The notes under the pieces are model-generated. The model saw only the letters and a program-made list of their open reading frames with translations. It ran no database searches and was not told the DNA's origin. The translations under genes were made by a program, and so were the position numbers. Below are positions 35,734-45,726 of a DNA stretch of 64,000 nucleotides, piece by piece; within the stretch, counting starts at the first letter, position 1; each line of letters opens with the position of its first letter. The DNA comes from Armatimonadota bacterium (GTDB taxonomy: Bacteria; Armatimonadota; HRBIN16), in contig OY781964.1 of NCBI GenBank assembly GCA_963677485.1, positions 2,336,001-2,400,000 on the forward strand, read 5' to 3'.

Positions 35734-37893
35734 CTACACAACTTGCTGGGTGCGGTTGATGATCATATCCTGCCACTGTTTGTTGAGCGTGGCGAAACGG
35801 GCACTCCATCCTGAGACCCTGACGGAGAGGTTGGGATACTTCTCCGGGTGACGCTGCGCATCGATGAGCGTGGACGAATCCACCACGTCGAGGTGCAAGA
35901 AGCAGCCACCCATCTCCAAGAACACCTTCAGCAGGCCCACCATCGTATCAAGCCCCTTCTCTCCTTCCACACTGGCTGGCAGCAGCTTAAGCTCAAACGG
36001 CCCTACCCCTGGCAGCTTGGTGAAGTCCATCTTGCAGTAGCTCAGCAGCGCGGCGGTCGGACCGTATTTTTCGCTGCCAGGCGAAGGCGAGAAGTTGGTG
36101 GCCAGGATATCTCCGGCGTGGTGACCGTCTGCGGTGGCTTTACGCTGAGGGCTCCAGAGTATCTCGCGGCCGAAGGTGCTGATGCCCGCTGGTCGGAATA
36201 CGCCCTTGCGGAACTTGGTCTCCGCCACCAGACCCGTGAAGCTGTCGAATACCCGTTGCATCATCGCATCTGCCAGCTCATTGTCGTTGCCGTAGGTGGG
36301 CACGCGGCTGGAGAGCAGACGGCGGAGGCTTTCGGCGTCTTCCCAGTCGTTGCGCATGGCCTGAACCATCTCTTCCCACGACACCAGCTTGGTGTCAAAC
36401 ACGGCTTGCTTGATGGCGGTCAGGCTGTTGGCGGTATCCGCCATGCCACCTGCGTGGCAGGCCAGCTCGTTGTATTTCGAGCCGCGGTTGTTGTAGTCTG
36501 CCCCGTTCTCGATGCACCCCTCCACAAACAGCGAGGGCACCACTGCCGGCACACCGCCGGTCATCCAGGTGTCGCAGACCTCGTTGTGGTAGTCCACATG
36601 CTTCGCCAGACGTGCTTCAAAGGCGGCGTAGAGCTGATCGAAGCTCTCATACTGCGAGATGGGGGCATCGGGGTTGAGCACGCCCAGCACCTCCTGCAGA
36701 AGCTGCAGCAGGTCGAAAGGCCAGTATCCAAAGGTGGTTTTGCCGGGGATGAGCACCTCCCAGCAGCCGTCATTCGCGAAGTTGCGTGCTTCCTCAACTG
36801 GGAAGCCCAGCCGCGTCATGGCCTCCAACACGATTGGCTCGTTGTAGCAGGCGATGATTCCGCCACCCAGCCGCTGCACCTCCGCCATGCGGCGGATCAA
36901 GGCTTCAGGGCTGTTGGGGCTTAGCCGCAGCGCGATGGGGAAGTCCGCCAACCGCAGCTCCTCGACCACGTCTAGCACGAGGTAGGTCACCGCATTGGTG
37001 ATGTCCTCGCCCGATTCGTCGATGCCAGAAAGCACGATGTTCTGGTAGAATTGCGCATCGCCGCTCTCGCCTGGTTCGTTGCGGGTCCATTCGGCGCCCA
37101 TCAGCCAGAAGTGCGCCACCAGTTCGCGCGCCTCGTCGATGGTGATGGTGCCTTCCGCCAGGTCTTTTTCTAGCAGCGGTCCCAGCATCTTGTCGAATCG
37201 GCCGATCGCGCTCCAGTTGCCGCAAAGGCGGGTCCATGTCCAGACCAGCCGCAGTGCGATGATGGCCTCGAAGAAGCTCGTGGGAGGGAGCTCGGGCACG
37301 CGCCGCATCGCTTGCGCGATGGCCGTTTCGCCCATCTGCTCCACCAGCTCCAGGTTGCGCTGATGCCACATATCGTAGGAATCCAGGCAGATTTTCATCG
37401 ATTCTAGATAGTCGCGCTGATCTGCGCTGAGGTCAGACGCCTTCAGCCGTTCTGTGAGCCGTTCGTCGATCTCCGCCATGCCCGTCTGCAACACCTGCTC
37501 AAAGCCCAGTGTGGTATGGCTGAGGCTGATCTGCCCGTAGATGGGCACATAGTGGGTGGCGGCTTCGTAGACCGTGGCGCAGCCGATCAGCTTCATGCCG
37601 GGCTCGAAGCGCAATGGGGCGTGTTCGGAGATCAACCGCACGCTGTGGGCGTATTTCATGGGCTCGCTCATGCCGGTTGTGTCCACGTGATCTTCCAGCT
37701 TGATGTTCAGCGACTTCATCTCACGGCCCCATTCGCCGCAGATCGCTTTCATCGTCAGCTCGTGCGTCCGCTCGCTGAGGCGTATCCGCTTGGGAAGAGC
37801 CGAAAAACTGCTATTCTCACTCTCTGTAAGGTCTGGTGTGATTTTTGGTACAATTGTGCGCTGCGTGGAGTTGGTCAGGTCTGCGATTCCCAT
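35734..37893 (-). CDS. Glycyl radical enzyme (pyruvate formate-lyase-like family), unknown substrate
   Basis: IGRFD, NDGCWE Cys loop, YGNDNELAD, ATADG, LIDAQRHPEKYPNLSVRVSGWS. Confidence 0.92.
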   Translation of the reverse strand: MGIADLTNSTQRTIVPKITPDLTESENSSFSALPKRIRLSERTHELTMKAICGEWGREMKSLNIKLEDHVDTTGMSEPMKYAHSVRLISEHAPLRFEPGMKLIGCATVYEAATHYVPIYGQISLSHTTLGFEQVLQTGMAEIDERLTERLKASDLSADQRDYLESMKICLDSYDMWHQRNLELVEQMGETAIAQAMRRVPELPPTSFFEAIIALRLVWTWTRLCGNWSAIGRFDKMLGPLLEKDLAEGTITIDEARELVAHFWLMGAEWTRNEPGESGDAQFYQNIVLSGIDESGEDITNAVTYLVLDVVEELRLADFPIALRLSPNSPEALIRRMAEVQRLGGGIIACYNEPIVLEAMTRLGFPVEEARNFANDGCWEVLIPGKTTFGYWPFDLLQLLQEVLGVLNPDAPISQYESFDQLYAAFEARLAKHVDYHNEVCDTWMTGGVPAVVPSLFVEGCIENGADYNNRGSKYNELACHAGGMADTANSLTAIKQAVFDTKLVSWEEMVQAMRNDWEDAESLRRLLSSRVPTYGNDNELADAMMQRVFDSFTGLVAETKFRKGVFRPAGISTFGREILWSPQRKATADGHHAGDILATNFSPSPGSEKYGPTAALLSYCKMDFTKLPGVGPFELKLLPASVEGEKGLDTMVGLLKVFLEMGGCFLHLDVVDSSTLIDAQRHPEKYPNLSVRVSGWSARFATLNKQWQDMIINRTQQVV

Positions 37894-38120
37894 GAGTTAT
37901 GATCTCCCAGAATGATGAATTAGGGCGTGTACTTTTACTATACGTCGGAGTGGCACGAAAGCAAAGTGGGAGGAGGTGGTTTGTATGTTGTATAGCTGCG
38001 TCGTTCAGGTACATTTTAGGTGTCGAACCACCATACCCGTCGGCTTCAATTTCAGCTGGCGAGGTGTGGGAGGGCTTCATAGCGAGTGTGAACAAGATCG
38101 GTAAAGGAGGAACGACTCTC

Positions 38121-40580
38121 ATGCGCACACATTGTCTGGTCATTGGGCTTCTGATGACCATCACGGCCCTCGCAGCGCAAGCAGGGCAGATTCCTGGACA
38201 TATCTACACAGCCATGCAGTCGCGGGCCGGACTGACCGGACCGGCGAAGACAGCGGTAGATAACAACCTTGCCTACTATCTCACCGGCGCACAGGGGCCG
38301 GATACCATCGGCATAATCCAGTATGAGCTAAAGAAGATATCGTTCTTTAGCTCGGTGGGCGAAGAGACCCATTACAGCCCACTCAAAGCACTGCTGGCTT
38401 TCAACATTCTTCTCAAAGCTGCCAACGATAAGGAGCGTGCATACGCCCTGGGCTGGCTGACCCACTACGTTAACGACACCAACATTCACCCGGTGGTGAA
38501 TAACTGGGGCGGGTTCTACGGCAAAAACCCGAAGCATCACAAGGAGCTGGAACAGCTTGAGACCAAGCATGTCTTCATGAAGCACAGCGATGTGGTGACG
38601 AAGGAGCTGGCCACCACCATCCCCACAGTTTTCGGCAAGGATTTCGCGGGGTTTATCTTCGACGCCTACGGCGAAACCTATCCGAACGAAAAGAAATACC
38701 AGGAGGGCAACGACTGGGGTGTCTACCCAAACCGCGAATACTTTATGGACCAGGAAGACAAGGCCGCAGACTGGTGCCTGTCTGCCGAAAAGACCTTCTA
38801 CAACTCCCACATTGACGGCACCGGCAAGCACGGCTACTGGCCGTCTACAGTGCCCATCCCCAACGAGCCGAGTAACGATGCCTACGCGAAACTGATGAAG
38901 GCCATCGAGATCGTCGGCATTGATACCTACGCCGACCGTATCGCGGTGACGGTCAGAGTGAACGACAGCAAGCTCTACGGGCGTTTCACAGCCGACTGGG
39001 AGAAAGCCGCTGCGCAGTCTATCGAGCAAGGTAAAACGCTACTCGCGACCGCCTCCGCCTATGTCGCGAATCCCACGCCGGACACGCGCGCGTCGCTGCT
39101 GCGCCTCATCCCCAACGCCAACCTTGACCAGCCGATTACGAACTATGACGACGCCGCAGTTTTCCCAGGCAATTCCACAGTAGATAAGATCAAGTACCGG
39201 CTGACCGTAACACCACAGGCCGCGGCGGGCAAACCAGCGAAAGCGCCGATCGTGCTGGAAGGCGCTTACTCCCCGATTATCTATGGTACTGACGATCTAT
39301 ACGGATCATTATCTGGCACGGCGATCATGAATATCCCTCTAGGTGCGGCCGTCGCCCCTTACAAGTTCAATATAGCGGTGGGGCTGAGCGGCACAAAGCC
39401 GGAAACTCGTCCAGAATTCAAGGATGTAGACTGGACGGACGCCAAGGGCAGTCACCCCGATGCCTGGATGAGCAGCGCCGGCACGGTGGCTCTGGGCGCC
39501 CCATTCAAAGTCAGCATGAGCATTCCGCCTGCGCTGAAGAGCAAGGGTGTCCGCCGCTGGGCCGTCATGAACCCTGGTTACGAACTTACGACCAGCGATT
39601 TGAACGCCCTCGACATGCACACCTGGAGCAAAGAGCTGCGTCCTGACGTGGTCGTGCTGGACGAGAGCATTTCTGACACCATCCTGACCACCACCCTGCA
39701 GATCACCGGTATGGACAATCTGAGCCAGCAACAGATCGGCGAAAACCAGTTGGTGCTCATCTGGTCCAAGAATGGCGAGCCGGGTGACCTGCGTGGTATG
39801 GATGCTGTCGGGCAGGCGCAGGAGGAGTATTCGGCCGCGTTAAGCCGTTTAGCTGCCAACCCCAATCTCGCGAAGTTGGAAGACCAGATCACCAAATACG
39901 TGGCAGAGCTGGACAAGAAGGGTCTGAGCCTTGACGAGAAGAAGAAGCTGGCTGAGAAGAAATCAGTCGAGTTGATCCCGCAACTCGGTCTGACGAAGGC
40001 TTACGCCGACGTCGACAATGCGCAAAAGGAACTGACTGCCCTGGAAGGTGTCCCCTTCCACGTGACTACTAGCATCAACGTGCGGCCCACAGCACTGTCC
40101 TTCCCGATTGCGACAGGATGGACGGAGAAGACGACTGACCCACCACCAGCCTTCCGTACCAAGCAGCGTGTGGAGAAAATGGCTTCTCAGAAGAATGAAA
40201 ATGGCAAGCTGAAATGGTCGGTTTCGGCCGGGCTGGAGCTAGGCTGGGACAGATGGAGCCCGGAAGCCGAGACTCGTCTGAAGACGTCTCATTCCGATTG
40301 CGTGGAGTCTACGTTGACCATCGGCGAGTTCACAGGCTCCATCTACACCCAAACCAAGGAGACCTCGCCGCGTGATCGCAGCGTAATGGTCTATGGTCTG
40401 TTGCACAAGGGTCAAGCCGGGCTATCTGTGTTCAGCTACAATCAAGGTTACGGGGCGGAGATATTCGACCAGGGAACCAAAATCTACGACGGCGCTGAGG
40501 ATTTGTCGCTGAATATGCGGACCACCCAGGAGGAGATGCAGAACATGATTCAAGGCCTCACCACCGCTCAGGTGCCGTAA
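38121..40580 (+). CDS. Secreted protein with N-terminal Zn-dependent phospholipase C/nuclease P1-like domain
   Basis: AAAGGAGG RBS before ATG 38121; signal peptide; YYLTGAQGPD, ETH, YALGWLTHYVNDTNIHP, HKELE metal-ligand pattern. Confidence 0.75.
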   Translation: MRTHCLVIGLLMTITALAAQAGQIPGHIYTAMQSRAGLTGPAKTAVDNNLAYYLTGAQGPDTIGIIQYELKKISFFSSVGEETHYSPLKALLAFNILLKAANDKERAYALGWLTHYVNDTNIHPVVNNWGGFYGKNPKHHKELEQLETKHVFMKHSDVVTKELATTIPTVFGKDFAGFIFDAYGETYPNEKKYQEGNDWGVYPNREYFMDQEDKAADWCLSAEKTFYNSHIDGTGKHGYWPSTVPIPNEPSNDAYAKLMKAIEIVGIDTYADRIAVTVRVNDSKLYGRFTADWEKAAAQSIEQGKTLLATASAYVANPTPDTRASLLRLIPNANLDQPITNYDDAAVFPGNSTVDKIKYRLTVTPQAAAGKPAKAPIVLEGAYSPIIYGTDDLYGSLSGTAIMNIPLGAAVAPYKFNIAVGLSGTKPETRPEFKDVDWTDAKGSHPDAWMSSAGTVALGAPFKVSMSIPPALKSKGVRRWAVMNPGYELTTSDLNALDMHTWSKELRPDVVVLDESISDTILTTTLQITGMDNLSQQQIGENQLVLIWSKNGEPGDLRGMDAVGQAQEEYSAALSRLAANPNLAKLEDQITKYVAELDKKGLSLDEKKKLAEKKSVELIPQLGLTKAYADVDNAQKELTALEGVPFHVTTSINVRPTALSFPIATGWTEKTTDPPPAFRTKQRVEKMASQKNENGKLKWSVSAGLELGWDRWSPEAETRLKTSHSDCVESTLTIGEFTGSIYTQTKETSPRDRSVMVYGLLHKGQAGLSVFSYNQGYGAEIFDQGTKIYDGAEDLSLNMRTTQEEMQNMIQGLTTAQVP

Positions 40581-40625
40581 TAAACTAGTACCTGCCGGCA
40601 CAAGGTCCAATATGATATGGAACCC

Positions 40626-40707
40626 GTAGGGGCCATCCCTTGTGGTGGCCCTAACTGTTGCGCATGCGATCGTTCATGTTTCTGCCGGCACGAGGCGCGG
40701 CCCCTAC
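40626..40707. repeat. GTAG-type REP doublet between convergent genes
   Basis: GTAGgggccatcccttgtggtggccct ... gcggcccCTAC. Confidence 0.8.
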
Positions 40708-40712
40708 GGCGA

Positions 40713-41765
40713 TCAGCCCACAATCTCCCGCATGATCTCAACAACCCTGTCCATATCTTCATCGGTGCCGATGCTGATGCGCAGGAAGTTCTCAATTCGA
40801 GGCGCCGTGAAATGCCGCACGAGCACACCGCGTTCTTTCAGTTTCGCGAATATCTCAACGGCGGGCATACACGCGTGCGATGCAAATACGAAATTCGCAG
40901 TCGAGGGTAATACATTGAACCCCATCGCCGTGATTGCATCTACAAAACGGCCGCGAGTATCCGCCACCATCCCGTTGGTGCGCTGATAATACTCGGTGTC
41001 CAGCACCGCGGCTTTAGCAGCCGATGCGGCGAGACGGTCAACAGGATAAGAGTTGAAGGAATCTTTAACCCGCCGAAGAGCATTTATCAGCTGAGGCTGG
41101 CCCAGCGCATATCCCACCCGCAGACCGGCTAACGCATGCGACTTGCTTAGGGTGCGCACCACCAGCAGGTTGGGGTAGCTTTTGATAAGCGGTGCCATGC
41201 TCTGTCCGCCGAACGCGATATACGCCTCATCCACTACCACGACTTTATCGGAGTGATACTCCAGAAGCTTGCAGATGTCATCGCACCCGAGATACATGCC
41301 GGTGGGTGCATTGGGGTTCGGGAATATCACCCCGCAGGCCGGTGTGTGGTAATCGGCGGGGTTGATTTCAAACTTTTCATTGAGCGGCAACAATTGAACG
41401 GGAATGCCGTAGAACTTCGCAAAAACAGGGTAGAAGCTGTATGTGATGTCAGGGAACAGCAACGGCAGCTCCGTATCGAAAAAGGCGTAGAAGGCAAACG
41501 AGAGCACTTCGTCACTGCCGTTGCCGCAGAAGACACAATCTGCGCTCAGGCCTTCAACCGACGCGATGGCAGCGCAGAGTTCCGTGGAATTGGAGTCGGG
41601 GTAGAGCGACAGCCTGGCCATCGCAGCCGTGATCTCAGCGGCGATTTTTGGTGACGGCGGATACGGGTTCTCGTTAGTGTTGAGTTTGATATAATCCGCA
41701 TTTTTAGGCTGTTCACCCGCGACATAGGGTGTTAACTGACTGGCGCGTGTCGACATGAAGTTCAT
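40713..41765 (-). CDS. hisC: Histidinol-phosphate aminotransferase
   Basis: KLNTNENPY, GNGSDE, NPNAPTG, VVDEAY, RTLSKSHALAGLRVGY, LRISIGT; alternative start 41789. Confidence 0.95.
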   Translation of the reverse strand: MNFMSTRASQLTPYVAGEQPKNADYIKLNTNENPYPPSPKIAAEITAAMARLSLYPDSNSTELCAAIASVEGLSADCVFCGNGSDEVLSFAFYAFFDTELPLLFPDITYSFYPVFAKFYGIPVQLLPLNEKFEINPADYHTPACGVIFPNPNAPTGMYLGCDDICKLLEYHSDKVVVVDEAYIAFGGQSMAPLIKSYPNLLVVRTLSKSHALAGLRVGYALGQPQLINALRRVKDSFNSYPVDRLAASAAKAAVLDTEYYQRTNGMVADTRGRFVDAITAMGFNVLPSTANFVFASHACMPAVEIFAKLKERGVLVRHFTAPRIENFLRISIGTDEDMDRVVEIMREIVG

Positions 41766-41890
41766 ATTGTGGCATTTCCTTTCGCTCATATATATATTTT
41801 ACACGGCTATAGGAAAGGCGAGGGATGGCGTGCTACGGGCTTTGTCTGCCGAAGTGGATGACCGAACCTGGGCAGCCCGTTGATAACAGG

Positions 41891-42109
41891 CGGTTAGCCA
41901 CGCTACCGCGGGTTTAGTCACCCCACGGGACTGCGTCCCTGAACGGGGTTCCCTCACCGCGCGTCTAAACATTCGCGGCCCGCAAGCGGGCGCATGGTGC
42001 CCTCCGCCAGCGCCCGCAGGAGCGAAGCGACGCGGGCAGCCATCTGATCAGCGACGGGTGATGGAGCCCCCTGAAGCGATGTAACCCGTCGACTCGGGGC
42101 TAACCGCCC
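41891..42109 (+). repeat. Diverged family B structured element (opposite orientation to the 26.6-27.8 kb copies)
   Basis: gggtttagtcaccccacgggactgcgtccct...cctcaccgc...cagccatctgatcagcgacgggtgat...aacccgtcg, enclosed by ggcggttagcc/ggctaaccgcc. Confidence 0.8.
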
Positions 42110-42173
42110 ACATCGCAGGTTATCAGCCACGCTTCCGGATGTTTAGTCACAGGCGGTCATATCGAATCGCCAG

Positions 42174-42596
42174 CTATGATCTTCGCTTACTGAACGTGAG
42201 CATCTGCTGTGCAAAAGCCAGCAGCTCATCTAGCCGATTGGTGATCACATCCTGCACGATCTCAGCCTGAAGGTTCTGGTAGTCGTGAACAGCCACATTA
42301 CGAAATCCGACCATCCGCTTCAACGTCGCTGCTAAACTGGTGCTGATGATATTGTGGTCAGCCATGAGCGTGTAGACATCCCTGGCACTCTGGGGCATTC
42401 CTATCTTCAGATCGCGCACCACACTGTTTGCCAGGTCAAGCGCCGCCTGACAGGCCCGCTGGATGTTCAAAATAGTCGCATCCTGACGTGTGTAGTCGGA
42501 GGCGAAATTCGTGGGGTCCAGGTCATATTCTTCGTGTACTCTTGCGACACATCGCTCAATCACGGCCACCTTATTCAGCACCACATCGTCAACCAT
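42174..42596 (-). CDS. hepT: HepT-like HEPN ribonuclease toxin (DUF86), type VII TA
   Basis: RNVAVHDY = RX4HXY; start ATG 42596 overlaps the upstream antitoxin end. Confidence 0.92.
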   Translation of the reverse strand: MVDDVVLNKVAVIERCVARVHEEYDLDPTNFASDYTRQDATILNIQRACQAALDLANSVVRDLKIGMPQSARDVYTLMADHNIISTSLAATLKRMVGFRNVAVHDYQNLQAEIVQDVITNRLDELLAFAQQMLTFSKRRS

Positions 42597-42993
42597 AAAC
42601 TTTACCCCGCTTTTCGATGTCTTCCAGGATGCCTTTGTTCCGCTCGTCCAAGTCCCACTTCTCACTGAAGATGAAGCACTCATACAGCTTGGCGCGTACA
42701 TCGCTTTCCCACAGCCGCTCTCCGTAGGCCACAACCTGATGCTGCATCACGGTGGACGCAGCGCGTAGGTCCAGTAAATCTACCTCACAGCCCGCTATCT
42801 CCGCCAGATCGCTGGAGAGATCGAAAAGCAGGATGGGGTCCGCATATCCCTCTACCAGCACGGCAAGGTCGAGGTCACTCTCGGCGTTGGCGGTGCCCGC
42901 GACCTGACTGCCAAAAGCGTATATTGCCATCAGCTTTGGCACCGACTGCCGAAGCTGCTCTACGATGCGATCTATGGGGATGTGAGTGTCCAT
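42589..42993 (-). CDS. mntA: MntA-family nucleotidyltransferase antitoxin, type VII TA
   Basis: FGSQVAGTANAESDLDLAV = GSX10DXD; EVDLLDL. Confidence 0.92.
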   Translation of the reverse strand: MDTHIPIDRIVEQLRQSVPKLMAIYAFGSQVAGTANAESDLDLAVLVEGYADPILLFDLSSDLAEIAGCEVDLLDLRAASTVMQHQVVAYGERLWESDVRAKLYECFIFSEKWDLDERNKGILEDIEKRGKVYG

Positions 42994-43046
42994 TCTAGAT
43001 GTAGTATACCCGGGAGGTTAGGCATAGGACCGGTATGACGAGCCCC

Positions 43047-43200
43047 ACCACGCGCTAAAGCACATGGCTATTGACCTGCCAAGCCTGATGAAGCAGGCTG
43101 CAGGGCTTCGCCCTGTTTGTCTGCGGCAGATGTATTGTAGCTGCACCCAGACTGCTTCAGCAGGCTTGGCAGGTCAATAGCCGAGACATTTATGTCGCGG
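43047..43200. repeat. Long inverted-repeat (REPIN-like) element
   Basis: Arms 43066-43100 and 43148-43182 match at 33/35 positions, each containing an AGCCTGCTGAAGCAGGCT-type hairpin. Confidence 0.85.
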
Positions 43201-43284
43201 AATCGGAGGCTACATATCTGTAATTCATCTGTGGTCATTTGACTGCGCCTATCACCGGCGGGGCACACCAGTTATAATTTAAAC

Positions 43285-44907
43285 ATGAAGCGTCATAAAA
43301 TCCCGCCGGTCGTATGGCTCGCGCTGATCCCCCTGCTGGGGTTGGTCTGGCGCGCTTTGCTGGTGGGATGGGGGCTGCCCTCAGGCGACCGATTTGCCTC
43401 TTTCCACCCCGATGAGCCGGTGATGCTGGCGTCAATCCTGAAACTGAACATCGCCAAGGGGCAGTTCGATACCGGCTTCTACAACTACGGCACTCTAAGC
43501 CTTTACATCATGAACCTGGCCGTGATGATGGGTGAGGTCTACGGCTGGATCCATTCGGCAACCACGCGAATGGACTGGGCAGGCCTCTACCTGGCCGGGC
43601 GGTGGGTGAGCCTGCTGGCGAATATCGGCACCTGCTGCGTGGTGATGGCCATGGCCTACCGTCTGCGCGGGCTGTGGACCGCCGCCGTGAGTGGGCTGCT
43701 GGCGATTGGCTGCCTCTCGATGCTGGTGAACAGCATCTATCTGACGGTGGACAGCACCGCCACCCTGTTTGTGAGCTTGAGCCTGTGGATGAGCCTGCTC
43801 TATTATCGTGAGGCGACATGGAAGCATCTGCTGCTGGCAGCCCTCTTTTGCGGAATGGCGACCGCCACGCGGTATAACAGCGCACTGACCATCGTACCGC
43901 TGGCATTGGCTGTGTCCTATCATCCTGCATCTTCACATCACCTGAAACTGAAGCAGTTTTCCGCAGCGGTCGTGCTGGCGGGATGTAGTTTTTTGCTCTT
44001 CTGCCCAGGACCGATCATCAACCCGACCGCGTTTTGGCGCGACCTTGGGTTTGAGAGCCAGCATGTGCGCGCGGGGCACGGCCTGCTGTTTGAGGGTAAT
44101 GGGCCAGGTTGGTTTCGGCATCTGGTGAACCTCAGCTGGTGCGTGGGGCTGTTAGCTATGCTGGCCGGTGTGGCTGCCATCTGGGGGGCCTTCCGGCGGT
44201 TCCGCACCGATCGGGCAGATGGTCTGTGGCTGTTGGCTGGCTGGTGTGTGCTGCTGTTTGGGTTTCAAAGCCTGTTTGCGGTGCGGTTCAGCCGTTACCT
44301 GATGCCGCTGGTACCCGCGTTGTGTGTGCTGGTGGCGTGTGAGGTGTGGCAGTTGCGTGACTGGCGCAAAAATGCGCATCTGGCGGCTGCCGCGCTGGTG
44401 CTGCTAGGGGCGTGGATACCCTCACTGCTGTATAGCTGCGCGCTGCGGCAGCCCGACGCCCGCATGCAGGTGATGCAGTGGATGGACATCAACCTGCCGA
44501 GTGGAGCCACTGTGGGTTTTGGAACGACGCCGTGGTTTTACTCACCCCCGTTGATGGCGGATTTTGGGGCCATCGAGCCCATCCGCAGACGCGAGGCCTG
44601 TGCGGGTATCAGCCGCTGGCGTATTATCTGCGCGGAAGACGAATGGCAGCCAATGATCTTGGACCAGAGCCAGGTGATCGTCGTGAGTGACTTCGAGTAT
44701 GCCGATGCGCTGCGGTTAAAAAAGCCGGAGGCGGTGGATTTCTTCGCGCGCCTGCACAGCGACTTCAACCTGGACGCGGTGTATGATTACCGCGGAGTGC
44801 TGCTTCAGGCACTGCCGCACGACATGCTTTATCCGGTGCCCCACCTGGAGGTATGGCACCGCATCGGTGTTGAGACCAAACCTGATGGAATGAATACAAA
44901 GGACTAG
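43285..44907 (+). CDS. GT-C membrane glycosyltransferase (ArnT/PMT-like, GT39/83)
   Basis: HPDE in first periplasmic loop, FYNYGTL, LTVD, ATRYN, RYLMPLVP; many TM helices. Confidence 0.85.
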   Translation: MKRHKIPPVVWLALIPLLGLVWRALLVGWGLPSGDRFASFHPDEPVMLASILKLNIAKGQFDTGFYNYGTLSLYIMNLAVMMGEVYGWIHSATTRMDWAGLYLAGRWVSLLANIGTCCVVMAMAYRLRGLWTAAVSGLLAIGCLSMLVNSIYLTVDSTATLFVSLSLWMSLLYYREATWKHLLLAALFCGMATATRYNSALTIVPLALAVSYHPASSHHLKLKQFSAAVVLAGCSFLLFCPGPIINPTAFWRDLGFESQHVRAGHGLLFEGNGPGWFRHLVNLSWCVGLLAMLAGVAAIWGAFRRFRTDRADGLWLLAGWCVLLFGFQSLFAVRFSRYLMPLVPALCVLVACEVWQLRDWRKNAHLAAAALVLLGAWIPSLLYSCALRQPDARMQVMQWMDINLPSGATVGFGTTPWFYSPPLMADFGAIEPIRRREACAGISRWRIICAEDEWQPMILDQSQVIVVSDFEYADALRLKKPEAVDFFARLHSDFNLDAVYDYRGVLLQALPHDMLYPVPHLEVWHRIGVETKPDGMNTKD

Positions 44908-44915
44908 ATATATAG

Positions 44916-45722
44916 ATGAAACAACTCCCTTTCGACCTGATAGCGGTAGACCTGGACGGCACGATTGTGGACCTCAACAACGAGTGCCCGCAAGAGGAGA
45001 CCGAGACGATCCGTGAAATCCAAAAGATGGGTGTCAAGGTGGTCATCGCCACCGGCCGTATGTATGCCTGCAGCACCAAGTTCTGGCACAGCATCGGCCT
45101 CAACGCACCGATCTTGTGCTATAACGGCGCGATGATCAAACACCCAGCAAACAACTTCGAGTGGTTCCACCTGCCCATGCAGGCTAATAAGGCCGCTGAG
45201 GTGATGGAGTTCTGCGAAGAGCACCACCTGCACCTAAATGTGTATCTTGATGACAAGCTGTTGATCCACAAGCAGACCAAGTGGGGTGACCTGTATTGCA
45301 AACAGACCGGCAGCACCTTCACGGAAGTGGGTGATGTGCGGCAGTTTAAGGGCAAATCGCCCACGAAACTGATTATCGTCGACACCACCGAATACACCAA
45401 TGAGCTGCTGGTGGAGTTCAAGCACCGGTTTGGCGCCACAGTGAATGTCACCAAAAGCAACGAGGAATATCTGGAGTTCATGCACCCCGCCGCCAACAAG
45501 GCCAAAACGCTGGGACGGCTGGCACACCGCATCGGAACCACGCGCGAGCGAACCCTGGCACTGGGTGACGGCCTGAACGACATGCAGATGCTGAAGTGGG
45601 CAGGAACCTCTGTGGCCATGGGCCAGAGCCGTGATGAGTTGAAAGCACGCTGTGACATCATCGCACCAGATTTCAATGACCACGGAGCCGCCAAAGTGCT
45701 ACAACAGATATTTGGTCTGTAA
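44916..45722 (+). CDS. Cof-type HAD-IIB hydrolase
   Basis: AVDLDGT, IATGR, YNGA, NK, LGDGLNDMQML. Confidence 0.95.
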   Translation: MKQLPFDLIAVDLDGTIVDLNNECPQEETETIREIQKMGVKVVIATGRMYACSTKFWHSIGLNAPILCYNGAMIKHPANNFEWFHLPMQANKAAEVMEFCEEHHLHLNVYLDDKLLIHKQTKWGDLYCKQTGSTFTEVGDVRQFKGKSPTKLIIVDTTEYTNELLVEFKHRFGATVNVTKSNEEYLEFMHPAANKAKTLGRLAHRIGTTRERTLALGDGLNDMQMLKWAGTSVAMGQSRDELKARCDIIAPDFNDHGAAKVLQQIFGL

Positions 45723-45726
45723 ACAT

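Noticed and set aside
37899-38120. N-terminal ORF-track extensions (also 26099-26194, 34419-34469, 42597-42734, 45652-45726, 54186-54308)
   Set aside because: Downstream starts fit better by RBS, signal peptide, operon spacing or homology.
40600-43250. Integron cassette array
   Set aside because: Flanking palindromes lack consistent RYYYAAC/GTTRRRY attC boxes and no integron integrase is present.
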